DNA of 64,000 nt from an uncultured Rivularia sp. Lineage in GTDB: Bacteria > Cyanobacteriota > Cyanobacteriia > Cyanobacteriales > Nostocaceae. The position numbers and the translations under genes were made by a program. The stretch's first letter is position 1. Each line of letters starts with the position of its first letter. Shown piece after piece: positions 32,673-43,217 of this stretch. The stretch is from NCBI GenBank assembly GCA_963665115.1, contig OY762007.1, forward strand, positions 2,080,001 through 2,144,000, written 5' to 3'. A model generated the notes under the pieces. That model was not told the origin of the DNA and searched no databases. It saw only the letters and a list, made by a program, of their open reading frames with translations.

Positions 32673-34298
32673 ATGGTTAATTCAGTGATGACAACAACAG
32701 AAGATGTTTTTACTCAAAACGTTAAGTCTGAGCGCATAATTGCTGCTATAGACTTAGGTACCAACTCCGTACATATGGTTATTGTACGACTTGAACCTCA
32801 ACTACCATCTTTTAGCATTATTGGTAAAGAAAAAGAAACCGTTAGACTTGGCGATAGAGATATTGAGACGGGAAATCTCAAGCTCAAAATAATGGAAAAA
32901 ACGATAACTGCTTTAAAACGTTTTCAAGAGATTGCCAAAAACCTAAATGCTGAAGCAGTTATCGCAGTAGCAACAAGTGCTATTAGGGAAGCGCCCAACG
33001 GTAGAGATTTTTTACGCCGCATTAAAGAAGAGTTAAATTTGCACGTAGATTTAATTTCTGGGCAAGAAGAAGCGCGACGAATTTATTTAGGCGTGCTTTC
33101 GGGAATGGAATTTAACAACGAGCCGCATACTATTATTGATATTGGCGGTGGTTCCACGGAATTAATTTTAGGTGATTCTCACGAGGAACGCTGTCTTAAT
33201 AGTACTAAAGTTGGTGCAGTAAGATTAACCAGCGAATTAATTACCACCGATCCAATTAGCGACCAAGAATTTAACTATCTTAAAGCCTACGCACGAGGAA
33301 TGATGGAACGTGCTGTAGAAGAGGTTTTGTCAAACATTCACTTTGGCGAAAAAACCCGTTTGGTAGGAACTTCCGGCACAATTGAAACTTTAGCTAACAT
33401 TCATGCAAAAGACGCATCAGATTCTATTCCTTCAACATTAAACGGTTACAGCTTTACTTTGAAAGACTTGCGGGAAATGGTATCGCGCTTGCGAAAAATG
33501 ACCAATTCCGAACGAGCAGAAATACCTGCCATGCCAGAGAAAAGGTCAGAAGTTATACTTGCAGGCGCGGTAATTTTACAAGAAGCAATGACACTTTTGG
33601 GTGTAGAATCGATAACCACCTGCGAGCGCTCTTTACGAGAAGGAGTAATTGTAGATTGGATGTTAGCCCACGATTTAATAGAGAATCGTTTGCGCTTTCA
33701 AAGTACGATTAGACAGCGAAGCGTGTTTAAAATAGCCAAGAAATATAAGGTTGATCTAAAATATAGCGAACGAATAGCAACACTTGCTCTATCATTATTC
33801 GATCAAACCAAAAATCGTTTACACCAATGGGGCAATCAAGAAAGATTTTTGTTATGGGCTGCTTCAGAATTACATAACTGCGGACACTATATAAGTCATT
33901 CTTCCCATCACAAACACTCATATTATTTAATTCGTAACAGCGGATTGTTGGGTTATAACGAAACTGAAATAGACATTATTGCTAACTTAGCCAGATATCA
34001 TCGCAAATCTCCGCCCAAGAAAAAACACGAAAACTTCCAAAGTATAGCGACAAAAGAGCAAAGGTTAGTAGTAGAGGAGTTAAGTCCATTTTTGAGATTA
34101 GCAACATCTTTAGATAGAAGACAAATTGGAGCAGTATCAAGAATTGAGTGCGATTATCGTAAAGATGATAAAGAATTACATTTAAAAGTTTTTCCAGCGA
34201 ATGTAGATGATGATTGTGCTGTTGAGCTTTGGAGTTTGAGTTATAGCAAATTAATATTTGAGGAGCAATTTGGAGTTAAATTGATAGCTAGTTTGTAG
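32673..34298 (+). CDS. ppx: Exopolyphosphatase Ppx/GppA
   Basis: Motifs AIDLGTNS, ATSAIREA, EEAR, DIGGGSTE and LREG; HD-like C-terminus. Confidence 0.95.
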   Translation: MVNSVMTTTEDVFTQNVKSERIIAAIDLGTNSVHMVIVRLEPQLPSFSIIGKEKETVRLGDRDIETGNLKLKIMEKTITALKRFQEIAKNLNAEAVIAVATSAIREAPNGRDFLRRIKEELNLHVDLISGQEEARRIYLGVLSGMEFNNEPHTIIDIGGGSTELILGDSHEERCLNSTKVGAVRLTSELITTDPISDQEFNYLKAYARGMMERAVEEVLSNIHFGEKTRLVGTSGTIETLANIHAKDASDSIPSTLNGYSFTLKDLREMVSRLRKMTNSERAEIPAMPEKRSEVILAGAVILQEAMTLLGVESITTCERSLREGVIVDWMLAHDLIENRLRFQSTIRQRSVFKIAKKYKVDLKYSERIATLALSLFDQTKNRLHQWGNQERFLLWAASELHNCGHYISHSSHHKHSYYLIRNSGLLGYNETEIDIIANLARYHRKSPPKKKHENFQSIATKEQRLVVEELSPFLRLATSLDRRQIGAVSRIECDYRKDDKELHLKVFPANVDDDCAVELWSLSYSKLIFEEQFGVKLIASL

Positions 34299-34343
34299 AG
34301 AGATTGGCTATAGTTGTTTTCGGTTGAATGCAATACTAATTTT

Positions 34344-34662
34344 GGACAGGCAGGGATGCCCATTCTACAAGAATGTATTGTAGGATGTGTTACGGCTTTG
34401 AAATATTTTTGTTTAAGCTCGAAAATTGATATAGCCGTAACGCACCATTGGATGTTTGAGGAAAATTAGACGGAGTTTGTAATGCTCTTTTTATAAATGT
34501 CAGAAATTGATTTCTCTGCGTTCCCGGGGTCGCGTGCGGGCTAGAAAGCCTCCGGCTTACAAGGTGGTTGTAAAGGCTTAACTACAATGGTGCAAGATAT
34601 CCATTTTAATGGGCTGAAATATTTATTTCTACGTAGGTTGGGTTGAGGAACGAAGCCCAACA
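34344..34662. repeat. Cluster of REP-like and small dispersed repeats
   Basis: REP-A 34344-34372; TGTAGGATGTGTTACGGC...GCCGTAACGCACCA 34379-34447; GC-rich element ending AATGGTGCAAGAT ~34519-34598; GTAGGTTGGGTTGAGGAACGAAGCCCAACA 34633-34662. Confidence 0.8.
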
Positions 34663-34747
34663 TTTATATTTAAGTAGCTAATGATAAAATTCAGTATAAT
34701 AAGATGTTTTAAGTCCTAATATCAATTCTGTCCAAAGGATTAAAAAA

Positions 34748-35026
34748 ATGACCAAAACCGAAATTGCACGATACTTAGGAAAAGTTGGCGAAGAATACGA
34801 AAAAATCCTCAAATGCCGTCTATATTCAGATTTAGAAGTAATTTATGAATGGTGGGTTCCTAACACCGAAATGTACCATCACGAAAAAATGAAATTTGAA
34901 GATATCGCAATTGAGATACAGGTAGAACTTGCAAAAAACGCCATCGAAAACCCAGATTTTGCACAACTACCTTCGGATATAAAAGAATTGTTAAATCAAA
35001 AAAGCAAACTAACTAATAACTCATAA
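34748..35026 (+). CDS. Hypothetical protein (92 aa)
   Basis: ATG with upstream AAGGA; protein-like composition; no family recognised. Confidence 0.6.
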   Translation: MTKTEIARYLGKVGEEYEKILKCRLYSDLEVIYEWWVPNTEMYHHEKMKFEDIAIEIQVELAKNAIENPDFAQLPSDIKELLNQKSKLTNNS

Positions 35027-35043
35027 TAATTACCAATTACCCA

Positions 35044-35709
35044 TTACCTATTATTCTGTTGCGCTAATACAGATTCGTTCAATCGCAACAGTTGTTTATC
35101 TTCGATTCCCACGGTTTCTAAACCCTTAACCGTTTGCATTAAATATTCGGCACTCGAACCGAGTTCGCCTTTTGCCGTAGCAATAGTATTAACTGTGGTT
35201 TCAAAAGTAATTTTACCAGCATAATCTGGATGATGGCGGTTGATTATAAAGGCGATCGCCATTACTTCGTCTGTACCATCAACTACCTTCACCCATCGGG
35301 GAATATACGAACCAATTACCATTTCTCGCCGCCACAATAGCAATAATTCTGAGTTTACATCGGCGGCAGCAATACGATAAACAACACCGCGACAGCTACC
35401 CCCAGAATCCAAACCCAGCACCAAACCGGGATGCTCTGGAGTTCCCCTACCAATTAGCGCCCGCAAGCAAAAGCGGCGATGCCAACCATAAATAGTTCCT
35501 ACACGACGCTCAGTAAATTTAAACGCAGGATTCCAAATTAAGGAACCATAAGCAAACAGCCAAACATCCGTATGTGGTTTGTGCGAATTTAAAGTAACGC
35601 GAATAGATTCTTTTAACTGACTTTCGCTTAATAGTTGCATTCCCAAGCCCGATTGCGAAATCATTTGATGCAAGCGGCTAGATTCCAAGTCAGCGCGGGT
35701 TAGTGACAT
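35044..35709 (-). CDS. chaC: Gamma-glutamylcyclotransferase ChaC
   Basis: Motifs FAYGSLIW, RGTPEHPGLVLGL and LWRRE. Confidence 0.92.
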   Translation of the reverse strand: MSLTRADLESSRLHQMISQSGLGMQLLSESQLKESIRVTLNSHKPHTDVWLFAYGSLIWNPAFKFTERRVGTIYGWHRRFCLRALIGRGTPEHPGLVLGLDSGGSCRGVVYRIAAADVNSELLLLWRREMVIGSYIPRWVKVVDGTDEVMAIAFIINRHHPDYAGKITFETTVNTIATAKGELGSSAEYLMQTVKGLETVGIEDKQLLRLNESVLAQQNNR

Positions 35710-35888
35710 ATTGAAGAAAGGGAATAGGGAATGGGGAATAGTAAAATGTAGGTTGGGTTAGGCGCACGAAACATTAAAGCCGATAAAAATAATTTGTAAT
35801 TGCGCCGTAACCCAACATTGAATATCATGCTATCTTTTAAAACTGAATTTTCGCTAAACCCTAAATTAAAAATCAATTAATAAATATA

Positions 35889-36398
35889 TTATTCTAACCA
35901 ATCGGGACCTTTAAAGAATTCCCCATCTGCCCAAAAGGTTTTACAGATTAAAGAACCTTGTCCAGGACCGTTAAAATTTTGCGCTGCTCTAAAATCAGTT
36001 CCAATCAAAATAGCATCGTCCATTTCCGAACCGTAAAAATCAGCACCTGTAAAATCAGTAGCGCTCAAGATAGCTTCATCAAGATTGGCATCTCTGAAGT
36101 TAGCTCCTCTGCAATCGGCACCACTTAAATCAGCACCTTGCAAATTAGCATAACTGAGATTTGCAGCATACAAATTAACGCAAAGCATTATAGCTCCACT
36201 CAAGTTGGCATGACTTAAGTTTGAACCACTCAAATCAACAGCGGTTAAATCAGCTTCACTTAAATCGATTTCTCGCAAATCTTCCCCATATAGCCCTGAT
36301 GAACTGATTGCAATTCCTGCAAAGTCTCTCTCTCCAGCAGCATATCTTTTTAAAAAGCTTCTAGAGTCAATATATTTTCTTTCATCTTCCATAATCAC
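35889..36398 (-). CDS. Pentapeptide repeat protein
   Basis: RYAAGERDF N-terminus followed by A(D/N)Lxx repeats. Confidence 0.88.
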   Translation of the reverse strand: MIMEDERKYIDSRSFLKRYAAGERDFAGIAISSSGLYGEDLREIDLSEADLTAVDLSGSNLSHANLSGAIMLCVNLYAANLSYANLQGADLSGADCRGANFRDANLDEAILSATDFTGADFYGSEMDDAILIGTDFRAAQNFNGPGQGSLICKTFWADGEFFKGPDWLE

Positions 36399-36437
36399 AT
36401 CCCTGTATCAAACAAAATATTTAATTGTAATTCTAAA

Positions 36438-36543
36438 CTCTTGTGGGATGGGCATCCCTGCCCGTCCGATTCTACTCAACCAAAATCAATTTCTTAAACA
36501 ATCATGATTTGATGTTGGGTTTCCTCCGTCAACCCAACCTACA
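36438..36543. repeat. REP family A plus GTAG-type REP
   Basis: CTCTTGTGGGATGGGCATCCCTGCCCGTCC (36438-36467); TGTTGGGTTTCCTCCGTCAACCCAACCTACA (36513-36543). Confidence 0.85.
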
Positions 36544-36668
36544 ATTCTCTATCCCCAATGCCCCATGCCCCATGCCCAATCCCCATTAAGTATTTTTTCC
36601 TTCACAAAACGCAATAATTAGTTAAGATAAATTTAACCTTAACCTGCGTAAATCAAATCCGTAATCCC

Positions 36669-37736
36669 ATGCAGTTAAATAAAAGTGCGTCAGTAGATTC
36701 TTCTTTTTTAAAGCCATTGTTATTAATTTCGCCTTTTTTCCTTTGGGGTACGGCGATGGTGGCGATGAAGGGAGTTATACCGCACACTACGCCTTTTTTC
36801 TTGGCTGGGATGCGATTATTACCTGCTGGAATATTGGTGTTGATTGCAGCTGCATTTATGGATAAACCTCAACCCAAAGGCTGGAAGGCTTGGCTGTGGA
36901 TTGCTTTGTTTGCATTAGTTGATGGAGCGCTGTTTCAAGGTTTTTTGGCGGCAGGTTTACAAAGAACTGGTGCGGGTTTGGGTTCGGTGATGATTGATTC
37001 ACAACCTTTAGCCGTAGCGCTGTTATGTTCCTGGCTGTTTGCGGAAAAAATCGGTTTATACGGATGGTTGGGGTTAGCGATGGGTGTTATGGGTATTAGT
37101 CTCATTGGTTTACCCGATGAATTAATTTTCAGTATTTTCTCTAATACCGCAGAATCCACCTTTACAATTTCTCAATCGTTTTTTCAAAGCGGTGAATTTT
37201 TGATGCTACTGGCTGCTTTAAGTATGGCGGTGGGAACTGTAATGATTCGGTTTGTAACTCGTCATGTTGATGCTGTTACCGCTACCGGATGGCATATGAT
37301 ATTGGGTGGCTTACCGTTGTGGGGAATTTCCGCAACTACAGAATCGCAACAATGGCAGAATTTAATTGCCTCAGATTGGGTAGCTTTGGGTTACGCGGCT
37401 ATATTTGGCAGTGCGATCGCCTATGGGATGTTTTTCTACTTCGCTTCCAGTGGAAATCTCACCAGTTTAAGTTCTTTAACTTTTTTAACTCCCATATTTG
37501 CTTTGATATTTGGCAATATCTTATTAAATGAAGTTTTGAGTGGTTTGCAATGGGTGGGAGTGACGATAACTATTATCAGCATTTATCTAATTAATCAACG
37601 CGATGTTTTAGGAAATCAGAATAATCTAGAAAATTCATCTGAGATTACTACGCAACTCACTTTAGAAAAATCCGATAATAAACTTACTCCTTTGAAAATA
37701 CCAGTTAAAGAATCAGAGCCAGAAATTTTACAGTAG
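36669..37736 (+). CDS. DMT/EamA family transporter
   Basis: About 10 TM helices in two EamA repeats; FFLWGT and SQPL motifs. Confidence 0.88.
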   Translation: MQLNKSASVDSSFLKPLLLISPFFLWGTAMVAMKGVIPHTTPFFLAGMRLLPAGILVLIAAAFMDKPQPKGWKAWLWIALFALVDGALFQGFLAAGLQRTGAGLGSVMIDSQPLAVALLCSWLFAEKIGLYGWLGLAMGVMGISLIGLPDELIFSIFSNTAESTFTISQSFFQSGEFLMLLAALSMAVGTVMIRFVTRHVDAVTATGWHMILGGLPLWGISATTESQQWQNLIASDWVALGYAAIFGSAIAYGMFFYFASSGNLTSLSSLTFLTPIFALIFGNILLNEVLSGLQWVGVTITIISIYLINQRDVLGNQNNLENSSEITTQLTLEKSDNKLTPLKIPVKESEPEILQ

Positions 37737-37935
37737 ATTAACATTGTAAATTTACTTTGCGACTCTGATGGTACGGGCATTCTAACCCCATTAACGTTAG
37801 ATACCCCTTTGGCATTAACCACCTCTTTTCCTATTGATTAAATTTTTTTGTCAGGAAAAAAGTTAACATTTAAGTAAATTAAAGTTATTGTTGTGTCGAT
37901 AACTTTTAAACTACTGTTTTGCTGAAATTTGCTGT

Positions 37936-39117
37936 ATGAGGCGATGCCATTATTCTATAGTTATATTTACTTATCTGAGTTGCTTTGGATTTAACATCAA
38001 TCCGGCAATTGCGCTTAGCTATGAGAAAACACCATCTTTGTTAAAAGTTGCTCAAGCTGATTCCTCAGATACAACTTCACGCAACCTGGCAATAGGTAGT
38101 GTGGGAGAAGATATAAAAGTACTTCAAGCTCAATTGAAAAAATTGGGGTATTACGATGGCATCCCCGACGGACAATTTGGTGAAAGTACGCGCAATGCTG
38201 TGATTGAATTTCAGCAAAAAAACAACGTGCCTGCCGATGGTATTGCAGGTAGTCAAACCAAAGAACTCATAAAAACAAAAACTTTAGAAAAAAGTAGTTC
38301 GACTTCCATACCTACCTTAGAACCTGTATCCGTAGATGCTCCAGACGAAGAAAAATCTTCATCAAGCGATTTAATTAAACTCGGTTTTATCGCCGTAGGA
38401 ATATTAGCTGGTGTGGGTACTTTGTTTTATGCAGTTCAATGGTTTAGGTATTCCAAACGAGCAAAAAATGCTGGTGCTTATATAGACGATGATGATACTG
38501 AACTAGTTCAACCACCCCAAGATCAATTTACAAACACCAACCAAGAACAAAAATATTTGCCAGCTAACGATGTTGAAGATGTTCCATCTACAATTACACC
38601 ATCTCCACAAACTTCACAAATAATTCCTACAGAAAAAACTTCGCGTTTAGCGAAGGTTAACGTAGTAGATGAACTAATACAAGACTTAGACAGTTCCAAC
38701 CCCACGCAACGACGTAAAGCGATTTGGGAATTAGGGCAAAAAGGAGATTCGCGAGCGATTCAGCCATTGGTAGAACAGATGGTTGATGCTGACTCGCAAC
38801 AACGTAGTTTAATTTTGGCTGCTTTATCGGAAATTGGTACTCGTACCCTCAAACCAATGAATCGCGCTTTAGCAGTATCATTGCAAGACAAAAGTCCTGA
38901 TGTACGGAAAAACGCCATCCGCGACTTAACTCGCGTATACGACGTAATGGCGCAAGTTAGTCAAATGCTATCAATGGCAGCCGATGATGAAGATCCAGAA
39001 GTACAAGAAACTGCCAGGTATGCAATCTCGCAAATGAATCGCATACGTATTTTACCATCTGAAAAACCAGACACAAAAATTCAATATCCAGAACACTGGG
39101 AAGATGAGAGCAGCTAA
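37936..39117 (+). CDS. Peptidoglycan-binding domain + TM + HEAT-repeat protein
   Basis: LQAQLKKLGYY..DGQFGESTRNAVIEFQ PG-binding motif; TM helix; RRKAIWELG and VRKNAI HEAT motifs. Confidence 0.85.
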   Translation: MRRCHYSIVIFTYLSCFGFNINPAIALSYEKTPSLLKVAQADSSDTTSRNLAIGSVGEDIKVLQAQLKKLGYYDGIPDGQFGESTRNAVIEFQQKNNVPADGIAGSQTKELIKTKTLEKSSSTSIPTLEPVSVDAPDEEKSSSSDLIKLGFIAVGILAGVGTLFYAVQWFRYSKRAKNAGAYIDDDDTELVQPPQDQFTNTNQEQKYLPANDVEDVPSTITPSPQTSQIIPTEKTSRLAKVNVVDELIQDLDSSNPTQRRKAIWELGQKGDSRAIQPLVEQMVDADSQQRSLILAALSEIGTRTLKPMNRALAVSLQDKSPDVRKNAIRDLTRVYDVMAQVSQMLSMAADDEDPEVQETARYAISQMNRIRILPSEKPDTKIQYPEHWEDESS

Positions 39118-39118
39118 T

Positions 39119-39282
39119 GTAGAGACGTAGCATTGCTACGTCTTTGAAAAGTCATGGTTGGATAAACTTTGTTCGTTGCTAAGTCTTTGAAATCTTTGTT
39201 ACAGCAGTACCACCTTAATAATTTGACTAAACACTCGTTGCCATGTACGCCATAGGGAGACGTAGCACTGCTACGTCTCTAC
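39119..39282. repeat. Inverted REP pair (REPIN-like)
   Basis: GTAGAGACGTAGCATTGCTACGTCT (39119-39143) and AGACGTAGCACTGCTACGTCTCTAC (39258-39282); same family at 9405 and 42980. Confidence 0.85.
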
Positions 39283-39370
39283 ACAATTTATATGTGTCGT
39301 TTTAATATTCTGGTTTTAGGCAACATGGGGATTTAATATTTAGTTTGTAATCAAGCCTTGAAAATTGCAG

Positions 39371-40439
39371 ATGAAATTACTCTTCGTTTCTACACCTGTA
39401 GGATCTCTTGGTTCTGGATTGGGTGGTGGTGTGGAATTAAGTTTGTATAATATTGCCAAAGAAATTATTCGACGGGGACACGATTTACAAATTGTTGCTC
39501 CTGCTGGTTCGACATGGGATGACTTACCCACAATGCAGATTTCAGGGAATTTACAAATTATTGCCCAAAGTTTAGAGCGCGAAACACCCATCGCAATGCC
39601 ACAAAATCCCGTTTTAGCAAATATGTGGGATTATGTTCGTCAAGTCGAGAGCGAATATGACTTGGTTCTTAACTTTGCTTACGATTGGTTGCCTTTTTAC
39701 TTGACACCTTTTCTTAAAATCCCAGTAGCTCATTTTGTTAGTATGGGTTCTCTTTCCGATGCTCTCGATCGGATTATTGTAGAAACATCAAAAAAATTTC
39801 CCGGCACGATTGGTTTTTATACTCCTGCACAGGCTGCCACTTTTCCCGCATTAACTTCTCCTATATATTATTTGAGCAGCGGAATCGATTTATCTTTGTA
39901 TCAATTTTGTCGCAAACCGAAACAGCAATTTGCTTGGTTAGGTCGTATTTCTCCAGAAAAAGGTTTAGAAGATGCGTTTGCTGTAGCAAACAGTACTAAC
40001 ATTCCCCTCAAAGTTATGGGTAAAATTCAAGATGAATCTTACTGGCAGAAAATCCAGCAAGATTACCCAAATGCACCTTTTAAGTATCTAGGGTTTTTAT
40101 CTACTAAAGAAATGCAGCAAGTTGTCCGCGAGTGTAAGGCATTAATTATGACACCTCGCTGGGTGGAAGCATTTGGGAATGTAGCAATTGAAGCGTTAGC
40201 TTGTGGAGTTCCAGTAATTTCCTATAGTCGGGGAGGCCCCCGCATCTATTATTAAAGACGGCGAAACTGGTTTTTTAGTAGAGCCAGATAGCGTTACTGG
40301 ATTAATCGAAGCAACAAAACGTTTAGATGAAATAAACCGTCAAGCTTGCCGAGATACCGCACAAAAAGTATTCTCTTTAGAAGTATTAGGCGAGCGTTTT
40401 GAAAAATGGTTTATGGACATTTTGAATTTTCAGCTTTAA
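39371..40439 (+). CDS. Glycosyltransferase family 4; apparent +1 frameshift in C5 run 40237-40241
   Basis: Motifs GRISPEKG and EAFGNVAIEALACGVPV. Removing one C continues GGPASIIKDGETGFLV to TAA 40439, giving 355 aa. Confidence 0.88.
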
Positions 40440-40629
40440 AATTCGGAGAAATTTAGAAGTTTTTAGAATTGTTAATTATTTTTTTCAAGCCATTTTACGG
40501 ATAAACACTTACCAACTATGAACTAGGAAAAACAACTTGTAAACGAGTATCTATTTTTGATTTGAAATTAAAGAACTTATAAAATCTTCGCTTTCAAGTC
40601 AGAGAGAATGCAAAATCTAAAATCTCTAA

Positions 40630-40770
40630 GAGGATGTTTTTAAAGCGGTTGAAACCACCGCTACACAAGCAAAACCCGCCTGCGCGGGTTTACAAATCGC
40701 TTAGTCCACGCAGGTGGACTTTGCCTGTGTAGTAGCGGTTTTAACCGCCGGATACTTCTAAAACATCCTC
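40630..40770. mobile_element. 141-bp MITE with IS5-like ends enclosing a REP-like palindromic core
   Basis: TIRs GAGGATGTTTT / AAAACATCCTC flanked by TAA on both sides. The core recurs without TIRs at 61595-61707. Confidence 0.8.
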
Positions 40771-40806
40771 TAAGCTTTTTTATAAGAAGACAAAATCCAA
40801 AATCGA

Positions 40807-41790
40807 ATGACACCTTCCCCATCCATCTCTATTAGAAATAACCAGCAGTCAATGCAAGTCAAAACTCAACACATCAACAATTTACTGATACCGCAACCTT
40901 TACAACCTGGAGACTTATTAAGAGTAATCGCTCCTAGCGGTGCCTTACGAGAAATGGAAGCATTGCAACGTGGTGTAGAAATTTGGCGATCGCGCGGTTA
41001 TCGAGTTGAAGTAATTCCGGAAATAGAGGATAGATGGGGATATTTAGCTGGTAATGACGAAAATCGCCGCAATCATCTAGCCTCAGCATGGAAAGATCCA
41101 GAATGTCGCGGTATTCTTTGCGCTAGAGGTGGTTTTGGCACTACAAGGATTTTGGAAGAATGGACGTGGATGTTACAAAATCAAGAAACACCAAATGCTC
41201 CCGCTCCAAAATGGCTAATTGGCTTCTCCGATATCACAGCTTTATTGTGGAGTCTTTACAAAGCTGGGATTTGTGGCATTCATGCACCCGTAATGACCAC
41301 TTTAGCTGAAGAACCAACATGGTCAATACAAAGATTATTTAATTTAGTAGAAGGTAAAGCTCTCGAACCTTTAAAAGGCAAAGCATGGGGAGGTGGTATT
41401 GTTAGCGGTAAATTACTACCAGCAAACCTTACCGTCGCGACTCATCTTTTGGGTACCCCAATGCAGCCAGAATTGGATGGTGTAATTTTGGCAATAGAAG
41501 ACGTAGGAGAGGCTCCCTACCGGATTGATAGAATGCTAACTCAATGGCGAATGAGCGGAGCTTTATCAAAAATAGCCGGAGTTGCTATAGGTAGCTTTAC
41601 CAAATGCGAAGTACCAGAAAATATTCCCAGTTTTAGTGTTGCGGAAGTCTTGCGCGATCGACTTGGGGATTTAGGTATTCCCGTAGTTTCAGACTTACCC
41701 TTTGGACATCAAGCACCGAATGCTGCTTTACCCGTAGGTGTAATGGCAACTTTGGATGCTTCGGAAGGAGTTCTTACAGTTAACAGTTAG
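40807..41790 (+). CDS. ldcA: LD-carboxypeptidase (peptidase S66)
   Basis: Motifs ARGGFG, GFSDIT, EDVGE and FGH (catalytic triad). Confidence 0.9.
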   Translation: MTPSPSISIRNNQQSMQVKTQHINNLLIPQPLQPGDLLRVIAPSGALREMEALQRGVEIWRSRGYRVEVIPEIEDRWGYLAGNDENRRNHLASAWKDPECRGILCARGGFGTTRILEEWTWMLQNQETPNAPAPKWLIGFSDITALLWSLYKAGICGIHAPVMTTLAEEPTWSIQRLFNLVEGKALEPLKGKAWGGGIVSGKLLPANLTVATHLLGTPMQPELDGVILAIEDVGEAPYRIDRMLTQWRMSGALSKIAGVAIGSFTKCEVPENIPSFSVAEVLRDRLGDLGIPVVSDLPFGHQAPNAALPVGVMATLDASEGVLTVNS

Positions 41791-41808
41791 CAGTAAAAAG
41801 GTTCGTTC

Positions 41809-41862
41809 GTAGTAGCGCTTCAGCGCCTCCATCTCGGAATAGAGGCGCTGAAGCGCTACTAC
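41809..41862. repeat. GTAG-type REP doublet/palindrome
   Basis: GTAGTAGCGCTTCAGCGCCTC...GAGGCGCTGAAGCGCTACTAC. Confidence 0.85.
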
Positions 41863-41905
41863 AAACAGTTTTTATGACTATATTACTTCCAAGATTGATA
41901 ATTGT

Positions 41906-42637
41906 TCATTGATAATTATTCTTCCGCAAGCGACAAAAAGCAATCGCTGGAATAACTGCCAAAATAAATGCTGTTAATCCTTGAGTTAGTAAAAATAAAG
42001 TAATATCACGATGTATTGCTGGAATTAGACTTTGTACAAAGGAAATTAACAATATTGAAATACTAATAAAAAAATACGAAATCGAAGGTACAAAAATCCA
42101 CCACCATCCACCTTTTACCTGTGTTCGTAATACTAACCATTGCAATAAACCCAGCCACAAACCAGAAAAAATATAAGCAGCAGTTGGTAATATTCTAAAA
42201 AAGATCGCTGCTTGTGGTGATATTTGATTTGTTGAAGCAGCCATAGAAGAAATGTAGGCAATCCAAGCCGTAGAAACGGTATTACCAACTAACCATCCGA
42301 TTGCGGTTGCAAACATCCATGACCAACCAAATATATATTTACTTAAAGGAATAGATTGATCTGCGGCGAAAATTAATGCGAATAAACTATTAGCTATTAA
42401 CTTTGCAACTCTGAACCACAATATTTCATTTTGAAAGAAATAAGCGGGTATATTCTCTCGGAGAATCTTTTCTAAAGCAACACTGGCAATTCCTCCGCCA
42501 ATCCATCCTAAAGCTGTCATAAAGGTAAATAACAAAAAGAATTCTTGTCGTTGGGAACGAGGTATGAGCAAGAAATTTTTCTGCTTGACGTTAGATTCAG
42601 AGGAATTTTGGGGAATATTTTTAAATAAAGACGGCAT
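41906..42637 (-). CDS. Hypothetical multi-pass membrane protein
   Basis: About 6 hydrophobic segments; GLLQWLVLR motif. Confidence 0.75.
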   Translation of the reverse strand: MPSLFKNIPQNSSESNVKQKNFLLIPRSQRQEFFLLFTFMTALGWIGGGIASVALEKILRENIPAYFFQNEILWFRVAKLIANSLFALIFAADQSIPLSKYIFGWSWMFATAIGWLVGNTVSTAWIAYISSMAASTNQISPQAAIFFRILPTAAYIFSGLWLGLLQWLVLRTQVKGGWWWIFVPSISYFFISISILLISFVQSLIPAIHRDITLFLLTQGLTAFILAVIPAIAFCRLRKNNYQ

Positions 42638-42798
42638 AACAATTAATATATTAGTTAATTACATTTCCACAATTTTAATGGGAGTAGTAAGTTCGCAGTT
42701 ATACCGCTCTACTTTAACCTTGATATTGGATTTTATAAATAGTTTGATTTGTTTTATTCTTAGTTTAAAAATCAGATATAATTTTTGGAGCTAACAAA

Positions 42799-42951
42799 GT
42801 GCTTAAAAGCGTCTGGGCAATAGTTCGTAAAGTTTTAATTACGTTGATTTCCGATCAAGATGAGCAGAAATTTTGGTTAACAGCAAGTGAAACAGCTTTA
42901 AATCAGGTTTGGGATAATCAAGATGATGATATTTATGCCGAATTACTCTAA
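42799..42951 (+). CDS. 50-aa antitoxin-like small protein, possibly an internally deleted remnant
   Basis: GGAG RBS then GTG; MLKSVWAIVRKVLITLISDQDEQKFWLTASETALNQVWDNQDDDIYAELL. Not in the ORF track. Confidence 0.6.
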   Translation: MLKSVWAIVRKVLITLISDQDEQKFWLTASETALNQVWDNQDDDIYAELL

Positions 42952-43185
42952 AGATAAATAGTGTAATTATGAAACCCGTGTAGAGACGTAGCACTGCTAC
43001 GTCTCTTTCAATGTGAAATTACATTTTCATATTTCTATTCAGCAACGTCAGAAATCTAAATAATTTTGATACAAACGGAAAATAGATCCCTTCGTTTATG
43101 GCTTGCTTTGTAAACTAACGTCAATCAAAAATCCCCACATTCCAAGAATTGCGGGGATAAAAATACTATTTAATATTATTCAATC

Positions 43186-43211
43186 AAAAGGTGAGTTCAA
43201 AACTCACCTCT
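43186..43211 (-). terminator. Hairpin immediately after dnaK stop
   Basis: AAAAGGTGAGTTCAAAACTCACCTCT; a second hairpin lies at ~43131-43160. Confidence 0.6.
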
Positions 43212-43217
43212 ATATCA

